Below are positions 28,231 through 36,509 of a DNA stretch of 64,000 nt, in pieces. Source of the stretch: Candidatus Rifleibacteriota bacterium (lineage in GTDB: Bacteria > Muiribacteriota > Ozemobacteria > Ozemobacterales > Ozemobacteraceae). The first letter of the stretch is position 1; every line of letters starts with the position of its first letter. The notes below the pieces were generated by a model that made no database searches, was not told the DNA's origin, and worked only from the letters and a program-made list of their open reading frames with translations. A program made the position numbers and the translations under genes. The stretch is taken from the NCBI GenBank assembly GCA_015232575.1, contig JADFZL010000017.1, forward strand, positions 15,689 to 79,688. The letters run 5' to 3'.

Positions 28231-28290
28231 TAAAAATCCGTGTTAGTTCGGTGTATTTCATGGTTAAAAATCAGTTTCTTTTGACGGCAC
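28231..28290. repeat. Family-2 repeat (CCGTG-type), copy 2
   Basis: AAAATCCGTGTTAGTTCGGTGTATTTCATGGTTAAAAATCAGTTTCTTTTGAC aligns with 26757-26818. It overlaps the last codons and stop of the 28271 GTPase gene (..SAVKRN*). Confidence 0.6.
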
Positions 28291-29926
28291 TCGACAAGTT
28301 TTCTGAAAGACGATTAACTTCATCGCGCCATGCTTTTATCGGCTGCACAATTCGCTGTGAAGCCTTATCAGTAAAATGAGTAATTAATTCCTGCGGAAGA
28401 AAAATCTGCCTTCCGATTTTTCTGGGCAGCCAGAATGCCGATTGCAGATAGCATACAAGCCATAGAGCAAGCCCGCCACCCAGAAACATTCCGGCTGATG
28501 GCTCACGTGCATTAAAAAGACAGACAAGAAAGTACTTCAACAGCAAAAGAAGTATCACAGCCGGAAGGAGATTCAGAAGCAATCCTTCCCATGATCTGGA
28601 AATAGTTTCGCCAAGTTGTTTTTTCAGAATTGCAGCCGGCTCGTCTCCGATAAGACGCAAAGGTTTACTGTTTAAAAGGAATCGTTTTTTCAGAATCGTG
28701 TATTCAATATCAGCCGCATCAGATTCTTCAGTCAGAAGGGTCACGAATTCATCTGCATTTTTTTCAATTCTATCTATTGCGGTTTTTCCGAATAAACCAG
28801 CTGTCTTGTCAATGGAAGGAATTGTAATTGTAAAAGTTGAAGTAAGCGCTCTTACAGCAACAATAGCCTTGAGATATATTCCAAACGGACCGCTGATACC
28901 GCTTATGGCATTCAGCGTCATTCTTCCTTCAAGACCCTGAGATGTCTCTGACCATATTTCTGTCAGCACTTCTGCAATCTCTCTTTCAAGAATGCCAAAT
29001 TGCTCTTCAGCAAGAATAACTAATTTCTCTGCAAATTTCACCATTTCCTGAATACGGCAATTGCTTCCGACAAGTTCGACGGTCTCCCGGAACATCGCAT
29101 CCAGATTTTCCTCGCTGATTCTTTTAATAAGCGCCTGGTCAAGTCGCTTGTACAAGAAGTTCTCAAGAGCCTTAAATTCTCCGGCAGGTCCAACTGTTGT
29201 ACCCTGTTTATTCATAAATGCGTTGTAAGAAGAGATTCCAAAAATCGGAATCTCTTCTCCGTCAGGAGCTTTCAAATTAAAATCTGCAATTTTTCTCAGA
29301 AAGTCCTTTTTGACAGTTTCTGAATATGGTATTCCTTCATCAATTTTATTAAAAATAAAAACCGTTCTTCGAAAACCCACTTCATGCGTCAGAATCTCAT
29401 ATAGAGGACTCGAATCATATTTCTGCGTTGTCAGAACGCACATGACAAGATCGGCTCTGATAAGCAATTCTCTGAATACCTGATGATGAATTGTCACCGA
29501 ACCATCAATATCAGGGGAATCAATAATGATGATTCTCTCAAGAGCTAATTCATTATGAACAATTATCAGATCATCTTTTGTCAAAACACCCTGAAGCCGC
29601 AGACGCGCCTGCCCCTCGCGCGTGGAATGAACATAAACTATTGGTCTGCTCGTAAAACAGGCTTTGGCAGACACTTCGGAAATCTGCTTTCCCGCCAGAG
29701 CGTTCAACAGAGTCGATTTTCCAACTTTTGTACCACCCAGCATAACCGCCATAAGGGTGTCTGAAACTGCATCTTTGCGTTCAGAAAGCATTTCAACGCG
29801 CTTCAGTGTTTCTTCAAGAATCGCACCTTTCGGTCTGCCTGAAAGTTGACGACTTTCATCAATCAACTGTCTGAGCTCACTAATTTCAAACACGCTGCAG
29901 CCTCCAGTCGTTCTCAAGTTCATCAA
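28271..29926 (-). CDS. Membrane-anchored P-loop GTPase (dynamin-like / YeeP-like), paralogue 2
   Basis: 551 aa. G1 GGTKVGKSTLLNALAG, G2-like FTSRP, G3 IIIDSPDIDG, G4 FNKIDE. C-terminal hydrophobic segments (LLNLLPAVILLLLLKYFLVCLF, FLGGGLALWLVCYL). The likelier start is the GTG at 29893 (GGAGG 6 nt upstream). Either start overlaps the upstream gene. Confidence 0.75.
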   Translation of the reverse strand: MMNLRTTGGCSVFEISELRQLIDESRQLSGRPKGAILEETLKRVEMLSERKDAVSDTLMAVMLGGTKVGKSTLLNALAGKQISEVSAKACFTSRPIVYVHSTREGQARLRLQGVLTKDDLIIVHNELALERIIIIDSPDIDGSVTIHHQVFRELLIRADLVMCVLTTQKYDSSPLYEILTHEVGFRRTVFIFNKIDEGIPYSETVKKDFLRKIADFNLKAPDGEEIPIFGISSYNAFMNKQGTTVGPAGEFKALENFLYKRLDQALIKRISEENLDAMFRETVELVGSNCRIQEMVKFAEKLVILAEEQFGILEREIAEVLTEIWSETSQGLEGRMTLNAISGISGPFGIYLKAIVAVRALTSTFTITIPSIDKTAGLFGKTAIDRIEKNADEFVTLLTEESDAADIEYTILKKRFLLNSKPLRLIGDEPAAILKKQLGETISRSWEGLLLNLLPAVILLLLLKYFLVCLFNAREPSAGMFLGGGLALWLVCYLQSAFWLPRKIGRQIFLPQELITHFTDKASQRIVQPIKAWRDEVNRLSENLSSAVKRN

Positions 29927-31751
29927 ACAACAGCATTAAAGAAGTTTCTCTGTCTTCGCCCGTTATCAGCAGGGAATCAACGGGCTGAATTATCTTTTCA
30001 ACGGCATGTCTGAAAATAGCACGTCTGCACCCGGAGAATCCGTCCTTTGCCTTTCTGATAAAAGGTTTGCCACTTATTTCCTGCGCCAGTTTTAAAAACC
30101 CTTCCGGCAAAGCATCTTCGAGTTTTTTGTATACTGGAAGCGCTGTAATTGAAAGTAAATATTCAGAAATCCCCGGAAGGAGAGCAAAAGCATGAACAGA
30201 AAAAATTACAGCCCCGATCGCTGCCAGCGCCGAAACACCTGGTACAGCATATTTTATTGTATCCATAAAATTCGGATTTTCTGAACAGAACCTTTCAAGC
30301 TCCCCTTCAAATGTTGAGAGAATAGGCTCAATTTCAGTTTTTCTTTTCTCTTCATAAATAGTACACAATTCTTTTTTTATCGTAACAGAATCGGGAAAAT
30401 CAATTATCTTCAATCTATCATGAAGTCTGGAAGCAAATTCCGACGTTCCCCGTTCAGCTTTTCTTCTTATTCTTTCACGCAACTGATGCATAACAGATGC
30501 AATCTTTTTTGCACCAGCATCAAAATCCACATTATCACGCTCCAATGCAGGCTCTGCAGTCAAAGCATCATCTGATAAAGCCTTCCCTGTTACCCTGCTG
30601 AACAATGAAGAAACTACATTTGAAGCTGATTTAAAACCATTACTGATCGTATCACCGACCGAACTTTTCAATCTTGGACCAATTACTCTGAGCATTACAG
30701 AATTCAGCTCAAAACGCATCTCGTGTCCCGGAAGATCGTGAACAGGTCTGAACAAATCTTCTTCAAGATGGTTTTTTATATACGTATTGAGTCTTTCACA
30801 TGATTGCCTGCGCTCTGAATAACATTTTAATCCTTCAGACAATTTTTCCCTGCAAATTTTCAATGCATATTCACCTGACTTTATGCGTCTTTCAGAAATA
30901 TTCGCGCTTAAACTTTGAATTTTTTCACATAGATTTTCTACAGCAACTTCCGGTAACAATTCATCTCTTATCGGACATTCATCAATCACATAAAAATATC
31001 TTTCGTTATGAGGCCAGCGTTGATCGTAGGTCTTCCTCATATCTTCGACTGCCTCTGAATGCCTCGGTACTGACTGATTAAAAACATCTATGCGTGGAAT
31101 ACCCAACGCCATGGCTTTTTCAAGAAAAACCACCCCGGACTGATCGTTATATTTCTGTGCAGTTGTAACCCAAACTGCAATATCCGCAAATTCAAGTGCT
31201 AAATTTGCCTGACCCAGACAATTATCATTCGCACTGTCTACATCTGGAGTATCAAGGAAGATCTGATTATGCGTCGAATCTGCCGTTTCAGATATTGAAT
31301 TTTTTCCGCAGGATAAATCAGGTTTAACAGTGGGAGCATAAATGACTTTTTCTGAACATTTCACTTTTGAATCAAGCGATTCCGGAAATGAAAAGTTCAG
31401 CTTCCAATCACTTCGGAATTTAAAAAAATCTTCCAGCGCACTCTGATCGCCTTCAGCAATAAGATGTCTCGTAAATCCAGCAGTGACACCGGCTGGCGAG
31501 ATTATTTTTCGAAATATGGAATTTATAAGAGTTGATTTTCCAGTGTTTGTACCACCCCAGAAAACCAGCATCGGCGCAGCTTCAAGATTTCCTGCACTCT
31601 GCGGAATCAGCCTGTTTTTTATTAAATGCAGAGTAAATTCAAAAACACTTTTATCCAGGTCTCCAAATGCGGCATCATTCCTGCGTAGTTGCTGAATCAG
31701 TTCGCCCAGCATACCACACATGGCGTACCCTTTTTCGGTGAAGGAAGACAT
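29886..31751 (-). CDS. Membrane-anchored P-loop GTPase (dynamin-like / YeeP-like), paralogue 1
   Basis: 621 aa. G1 WGGTNTGKSTLINSIF, G2-like GFTRH, G3 IFLDTPDVDS, degenerate G4 (VFNQS). Hydrophobic hairpin AVPGVSALAAIGAVIFSVHAFALLPGI near the C-terminus. Confidence 0.7.
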   Translation of the reverse strand: MSSFTEKGYAMCGMLGELIQQLRRNDAAFGDLDKSVFEFTLHLIKNRLIPQSAGNLEAAPMLVFWGGTNTGKSTLINSIFRKIISPAGVTAGFTRHLIAEGDQSALEDFFKFRSDWKLNFSFPESLDSKVKCSEKVIYAPTVKPDLSCGKNSISETADSTHNQIFLDTPDVDSANDNCLGQANLALEFADIAVWVTTAQKYNDQSGVVFLEKAMALGIPRIDVFNQSVPRHSEAVEDMRKTYDQRWPHNERYFYVIDECPIRDELLPEVAVENLCEKIQSLSANISERRIKSGEYALKICREKLSEGLKCYSERRQSCERLNTYIKNHLEEDLFRPVHDLPGHEMRFELNSVMLRVIGPRLKSSVGDTISNGFKSASNVVSSLFSRVTGKALSDDALTAEPALERDNVDFDAGAKKIASVMHQLRERIRRKAERGTSEFASRLHDRLKIIDFPDSVTIKKELCTIYEEKRKTEIEPILSTFEGELERFCSENPNFMDTIKYAVPGVSALAAIGAVIFSVHAFALLPGISEYLLSITALPVYKKLEDALPEGFLKLAQEISGKPFIRKAKDGFSGCRRAIFRHAVEKIIQPVDSLLITGEDRETSLMLLFDELENDWRLQRV

Positions 31752-31757
31752 TTGGCT

Positions 31758-32798
31758 CTACTTAACTCTGGACATCGTTATACCGGCGTGATTAACTGTA
31801 AGCTCAACCGAACACGGAATTGAAAGCTCTTTCTGAGCGGTAAATTCAGCGACATAAACATTATTAATAATTTTAGCAATTTTCGGAAACCAGGTATTCA
31901 AGTCTGAGCTTTGAGGCGTATAAATAAAATAGCCGTCCGTCTCTTCTGATATCTTCTTGAGAGTTTCAACCTTCAGCCAGCCGAAACCGAGCATGAACGC
32001 CGAAACACTATGGGCTTTCATTCTGCGTAGAATCTCATTTTGTACAATAGAACTGGCGTTATCATTACCGTCTGTAGTTACAATCAAAAGACGCAGATTC
32101 GGCTGGCTCTGAACACTTGAAAGCCCTTTATCCATTGCGTCATACAGTGCTGTACTGTCACCAATCGGATAACTATCACAGACAGATGTTTCAAGTTTTG
32201 TTTTGTCTCCGGTGAATGATGTAATTTCGTCTACACTGCTCGAAAATTTGAAAACATTTGCCTTAAAGGGAAACAATACACCATTTATCAGACCAGAGTA
32301 ATATTTTTTTATGTTCTCAATATCTTCCTTGAACATACTTCCAGAATAATCCATTATTCCTGAAAAGAAAAGTCGATCATTTGAAAGGTGATTTGCAATA
32401 TGCAGCGGTGTCAGCTTTTCAATTATCGCTGGTTTCCTGCTCATTCCAATATCGGAAGCCTGAATAGTAATTTCAGATGGCTGAATAGACAATACCGGCT
32501 CAGAATTCGAATCTGTAATTGAAAAGAACATTGCATAACGCTTTTCAGAAAGTTTTTCAACCCGATGTATTCTTAATGCAGACTTTAGATTATCTTCAGG
32601 TTTTGTATTTGGTCTGAATCTGTTAAGAACCGACAGATATCGACGAAACGGTTCTGTAAAAGAATTAGATGCGCCCCACGATGTTCCGAATATTGAATAC
32701 AAAAGTGCAAGTAACAGAAGAAAGAGAATAAAAATTATCAGCAGACAGCTTCGATAATGAATTCTCAGCGGCGTACTTCTCGGAGCTACTTCAACCAT
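31758..32798 (-). CDS. Membrane-anchored von Willebrand factor A (vWA) domain protein
   Basis: 346 aa. N-terminal TM helix (CLLIIFILFLLLLALLYSIFG). vWA domain with a MIDAS-type DxSxS (MDYSGSM), TALYDAM and TTDGNDN. Confidence 0.75.
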   Translation of the reverse strand: MVEVAPRSTPLRIHYRSCLLIIFILFLLLLALLYSIFGTSWGASNSFTEPFRRYLSVLNRFRPNTKPEDNLKSALRIHRVEKLSEKRYAMFFSITDSNSEPVLSIQPSEITIQASDIGMSRKPAIIEKLTPLHIANHLSNDRLFFSGIMDYSGSMFKEDIENIKKYYSGLINGVLFPFKANVFKFSSSVDEITSFTGDKTKLETSVCDSYPIGDSTALYDAMDKGLSSVQSQPNLRLLIVTTDGNDNASSIVQNEILRRMKAHSVSAFMLGFGWLKVETLKKISEETDGYFIYTPQSSDLNTWFPKIAKIINNVYVAEFTAQKELSIPCSVELTVNHAGITMSRVK

Positions 32799-32856
32799 TT
32801 TTCATCACCATTATTTTTTGAATATCAATTTTTACAGATTATCCTTCATACTGAAA

Positions 32857-35800
32857 TCAGTTTCCAGTGTTAATACGTTGACTGAAAATAGATTCATGCG
32901 AGTCAGAAATATCCGTCAGAACTCTGTAAATTCCCTTCTTTATAGCCAGCAGTTCATCACTTGCAGGACTGACATCATGGCTTGTACGTATTTCTCCTTC
33001 TATCATATCCTCAATCTGCCTGACCTTATCACGGAAAAGCGGAAGATACTTCTTGATAACCGCATTCTGCTGCGGCAAAGACAAAGTATTCCAGCCTTCC
33101 TTGTACACAGTATTTATGAGATACACACCCATCGTATTGTTTTTCAGATAATCGAATAATTCCGGAAGAGTGCGCCCCATATATTGAGGCTTTTCCTGCT
33201 GATACAACAATTCAAATTGTACAAGTTCTTTATTGTATTCGATTCCGTGCGAACCTTTCGCTTCATCTGCAAATAATTCATATCTCAGAAGCAGATAAAC
33301 AAGATATAGCTGCTCAAGCGTCTTTGCAGGAATCAGGCCAAAACTCGACCATAGAATCGGGTATCCATCACTTGCAAGAACTGCATGACAGTTAATCTTC
33401 TGATGATTTTTCCGATAAAGATGCTGCCAGTGAGTTACTGAGCTAATGTTATATGGACAGATTCCATGCAGAGTCTGAAGCAGGCTGATTTCAAACTGGT
33501 TGCGTGTCGGAGCAACAGTAATGGTAATTCCGCCCTTCTGCAGCGCCTGTTTAATTTCATCGGCAAACTTACTGTTTTCATCTGAAACACCGAGAGTTAC
33601 GATATTCATTCTCTGCGGCTGATTGTTTCCGCGATCATTGATTGTCATGAGCGGTGTAGACTGATTCATCATGCTTTCAATAAGGCTTTTCTTGAAGCCT
33701 TTACGCACAGTTTCCTTCCACTGAATGAACTCTTCTATTCCGCCAATCATGCGACCCTTGACCCACTCAGAACTGTAGTTCACGATATCAGTCTCAAGCG
33801 TATTACTATTCGGATTAGTATATGATTCCCAGTTCTGTTCCAAATTAATTTTAACAAGGAAATCTTTCTCAATATCATTATTTGAGAGATCGCCGAGAAG
33901 ATACTTATAGAAAGGCTCCACATCGCGTTCTTCAAAGATATATGTTCTAACAAAAGCCTGAACTCTTGAATAAGGTTTAATCTTGTCAAGACATGCTTCG
34001 TAAGAGCGTTCAATAATACCATTTTTGGAAATCAAATCAAGCTTTCTGCAGAGTTCTTCGACCTGTCTTCTGATCGACTGAACGTGAAGTGATAGAAATT
34101 TAAGGTAATCTGCAGCGCAGGTAAGGCAGAACCGTTCATACTCAAGTTCAACAGCCTCTCCGGCTTCCTTTTCAAGTTTGGAATATTCTTCGTTAATATT
34201 TGTCAGAGAGAAAAAGCTGCCTATTTCCATAAGCTTTCCGACAACACCAAAGCACGAATTGAGCTTTGCTGATAGTGCATCTCTGATAACGACGTATTCA
34301 CGCTGCTCTTTTAGAAGCCGTCCCTTAAGTTCTTCTTCCTTGCGGCTCAGGACATCTCTCGGAAAACGCGACAGATACTTATCAAGCGATTCAAGGAATG
34401 ATACGGCAATCAGCGCACCCTGATCGGGATCATTGATGATCTGAATGATTTTTGCTTTAACCGTTTTTGCGGCTTCAACAGCTGCTTTTTCAAAGGAAAT
34501 CTTAACCTTGGCGCGAATATCTTCCTTTTTTACTTTGGTTTTATCCATTTCGCTTATTTTTCTGAGAATATAAGCAGAAGCTGATTCGCTCGGAAGTTGA
34601 TTCGGCTCTGTCCTTTGTGTGTGATATTGAGGGTTATCCCAGTATTGGGCTCTCGGAATAGCCTTTTTCGACATGATGAAAAGATCTTCAGGAGTCAGAT
34701 TAAGGTTTTCTGGCTGAGATTCCACAAAATCGTTGACCATGCCATCAATACTGATACGATCAGCAGATAATTTCAACCAATAGGTAAGATCCATTGAAAG
34801 TTTGTATGCATAAAGTTCTGAAATGATATCAACCGGATAAAAGAAACTTTTGTACCCGGATGTACTGAAACACTTCAGTTGCTTTCCTTCGAGGTCAGAA
34901 GAAAGCTGTCCAAGAACCTGCGAAGCATTATCAAGCTGTGAATTCTGAGCTTCGCGGATATTGGTTGCAAGTTTGGTAAAAATCAGTTCTGAAGCGATAC
35001 TGAAATATGTTGGAATATCGTCAAGGGTGCTTGTTCCAAGAAGATAGCACTGATCAAATGGTGACTCATCTGCAATTGTACCGTAAGTGGTCGGATCATT
35101 GCTTTTGCCAAGCGGACCGTAATTAACCATGAATTTATTCCGGCGATCCTGATTCAAAATATCTTTTGCGCTTTTTGAAGGCTGAAACTTTTCTTTTGCC
35201 ATGTAGTAAAACATTTCTACCAGAGAAGAGTAGCCGTTTGCTTCAAGACGCCCGGTAGAATTGATGTTCGGATCAATAGCTATACTGGTAAAAGCATCAG
35301 GAGTAAGCTGAATGCCCACCATCTGCGGCTTGCCCCGTCCTCCGGAAAGCTGATAATATGCCATCTTCATCAGATATGCAATATCCAGAAACATTCCGGC
35401 ACCTGATCCGCCGCACAGAGAGCCTATTACATAGAATTCCGGAGTGAGAATCTGTCCCTGCTTGTTGGTTATTGGTACAATAATGTCTTCCTGGTTGACA
35501 TTTTTTCTGGCAATTATTTTGCTGATTTTGCTTTTAATCTGCTGATAAATTTTTGCAATATCAACGAAAAGCCCAAATCTGCCTGTAAACCTGTATTGGT
35601 GAGCTCCCTGGCTTATCTGACCAATGTGGTTCTTCAGTTTCATCGGGAACCACTCGTTCAGATATGTATAAGTGTCAGTATCAAAATTTCCAGTTATCTG
35701 GTTGGCATTCTGAACATTTATCTGGTGGTATTCTTCTTCACGAAGTTTTGAACCCTCAATCTTTTCCTCTTTTTTATCAAAAAGATCTGTATCAATACAT

Positions 35801-35982
35801 AAAAGGTCTATGAAATCAGGCAAGGAATTTTTCTGATCAGACGAATGTCTGTATGCTTCTTTAATGATAGGACTGGAAAGAAATGTTTCCTTGAAATTCA
35901 TCAGAACTTTTTTTCCGGTTCCGCCAAGACCAACAATCAATGCAGGATTCAAAGCCAGACGATGCTCAAAACTCACTGTCAT
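32857..35982 (-). CDS. Giant tubulin/FtsZ-like GTPase-domain protein (Tubulin_2-like) with a long helical C-terminal region
   Basis: IVGLGGTGKKV (T1-like loop) and GSLCGGSGAGMFLDIAY (T4 GGGTGSG-like loop) appear in the N-terminal ~450 aa. I place the start at the ATG at 35982 (AAGGAG 9 nt upstream, MTVSFEHRLALNP..). The ORF-track start at 36144 would translate GC-rich hairpins. Confidence 0.65.
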   Translation of the reverse strand: MTVSFEHRLALNPALIVGLGGTGKKVLMNFKETFLSSPIIKEAYRHSSDQKNSLPDFIDLLCIDTDLFDKKEEKIEGSKLREEEYHQINVQNANQITGNFDTDTYTYLNEWFPMKLKNHIGQISQGAHQYRFTGRFGLFVDIAKIYQQIKSKISKIIARKNVNQEDIIVPITNKQGQILTPEFYVIGSLCGGSGAGMFLDIAYLMKMAYYQLSGGRGKPQMVGIQLTPDAFTSIAIDPNINSTGRLEANGYSSLVEMFYYMAKEKFQPSKSAKDILNQDRRNKFMVNYGPLGKSNDPTTYGTIADESPFDQCYLLGTSTLDDIPTYFSIASELIFTKLATNIREAQNSQLDNASQVLGQLSSDLEGKQLKCFSTSGYKSFFYPVDIISELYAYKLSMDLTYWLKLSADRISIDGMVNDFVESQPENLNLTPEDLFIMSKKAIPRAQYWDNPQYHTQRTEPNQLPSESASAYILRKISEMDKTKVKKEDIRAKVKISFEKAAVEAAKTVKAKIIQIINDPDQGALIAVSFLESLDKYLSRFPRDVLSRKEEELKGRLLKEQREYVVIRDALSAKLNSCFGVVGKLMEIGSFFSLTNINEEYSKLEKEAGEAVELEYERFCLTCAADYLKFLSLHVQSIRRQVEELCRKLDLISKNGIIERSYEACLDKIKPYSRVQAFVRTYIFEERDVEPFYKYLLGDLSNNDIEKDFLVKINLEQNWESYTNPNSNTLETDIVNYSSEWVKGRMIGGIEEFIQWKETVRKGFKKSLIESMMNQSTPLMTINDRGNNQPQRMNIVTLGVSDENSKFADEIKQALQKGGITITVAPTRNQFEISLLQTLHGICPYNISSVTHWQHLYRKNHQKINCHAVLASDGYPILWSSFGLIPAKTLEQLYLVYLLLRYELFADEAKGSHGIEYNKELVQFELLYQQEKPQYMGRTLPELFDYLKNNTMGVYLINTVYKEGWNTLSLPQQNAVIKKYLPLFRDKVRQIEDMIEGEIRTSHDVSPASDELLAIKKGIYRVLTDISDSHESIFSQRINTGN

Positions 35983-36001
35983 ACAGAGATTCTCCTTTTT
36001 C

Positions 36002-36097
36002 GAGAGGGGGCGCTTTTTAGAGAGGGGGCACGCGCCCCCTCTCGCCGGTCGAACAAGTTCGACCGTCTCACTCCCCGCGGTCGAGCACTTTGTGCTC
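36002..36097 (-). promoter_or_regulatory. GC-rich structured leader: three consecutive hairpins with a duplicated G5/C5 arm
   Basis: GAGAGGGGGC (36020-36029) pairs with GCCCCCTCTC (36034-36043) to give a perfect 10-bp stem. A second copy, GAGAGGGGGCGC at 36002-36013, could pair with GCGCCCCCTCTC at 36032-43 instead. CGGTCGAAC-AA-GTTCGACCG lies at about 36047-36066. GAGCAC-TTT-GTGCTC lies at about 36083-36097. Confidence 0.45.
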
Positions 36098-36116
36098 TCC
36101 TTTATGAGGCACCCGC

Positions 36117-36236
36117 GCACTTGATCACTCAGGCACTCGAGCACTTTATCGCTTTATCGCTCCATCACTCAACCACTCAATCACTCAATCACTCAATCAC
36201 TCAATCACTTGATCACTTGATCACTTGATCATCTCG
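36117..36236. repeat. Tandem octanucleotide array, 15 units (consensus TCACTYRA)
   Basis: Read unit by unit: gcacttga tcactcag gcactcga gcacttta tcgcttta tcgctcca tcactcaa ccactcaa tcactcaa tcactcaa tcactcaa tcacttga tcacttga tcacttga tcatctcg. A period of 8 is not a multiple of 3, so the array is non-coding. Confidence 0.95.
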
Positions 36237-36294
36237 GCGCAGTTGGGCGGTTTTTGCTTTCCCAAAATATAAAATCCTTTGCCATCAAATGAAG

Positions 36295-36324
36295 AGTATA
36301 TTCTTAATATATTCTCAATGTCAA
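36295..36324 (-). promoter_or_regulatory. Candidate sigma70-type promoter for the tubulin-like operon
   Basis: On the minus strand: TTGACA (36324-36319), an 18-nt spacer, then TATACT (36300-36295). If real, the octamer array and hairpins lie in a ~300-nt 5' leader. Pattern match only. Confidence 0.3.
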
Positions 36325-36509
36325 GAAAACTGACCGAAGAATTTCCATGAAAAATATGAATTTTTTGGCAATAGTTTGGCAAAAAATGCTGGAAAATTGA
36401 CATCACTAAAACCCATCGATTCAAAAATCTGCTTTAACAGACAATTCTGAGAAATTATTTCCTGGTACGGCATTTGCGAAAACATAAATGTATCGAGCAG
36501 GAGGGATAA

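Noticed and set aside
35983-36144. 54-codon N-terminal extension of the tubulin-like ORF (track start 36144)
   Set aside because: The extension is encoded by GC-rich perfect hairpins and a duplicated arm (PLSKKRPLSKK arises from the repeat). A strong AAGGAG-N9-ATG start exists at 35982, just before the conserved GLGGTG loop.
35845-36228. 127-aa plus-strand ORF containing ITQALEHFIALSLHHSTTQSLNHSITQSLDHLIT
   Set aside because: It is a translation of the 8-bp tandem array and of the antisense strand of the tubulin-like gene start. An 8-bp period is incompatible with selection for coding.
9839-36236. Possibility that the recurring repeats or the octamer array represent a CRISPR array
   Set aside because: Family-1 copies are dispersed over tens of kb and are inverted (hairpin) pairs, not direct repeats separated by unique ~30-nt spacers. 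The octamer array has no spacers at all. No cas genes were seen.
36221-36424. 67-aa minus-strand ORF between the octamer array and gene 36510
   Set aside because: It has no RBS and no recognisable domain, and it starts in AT-rich promoter-like sequence and runs into the repeat array. I treat it as non-coding intergenic DNA.
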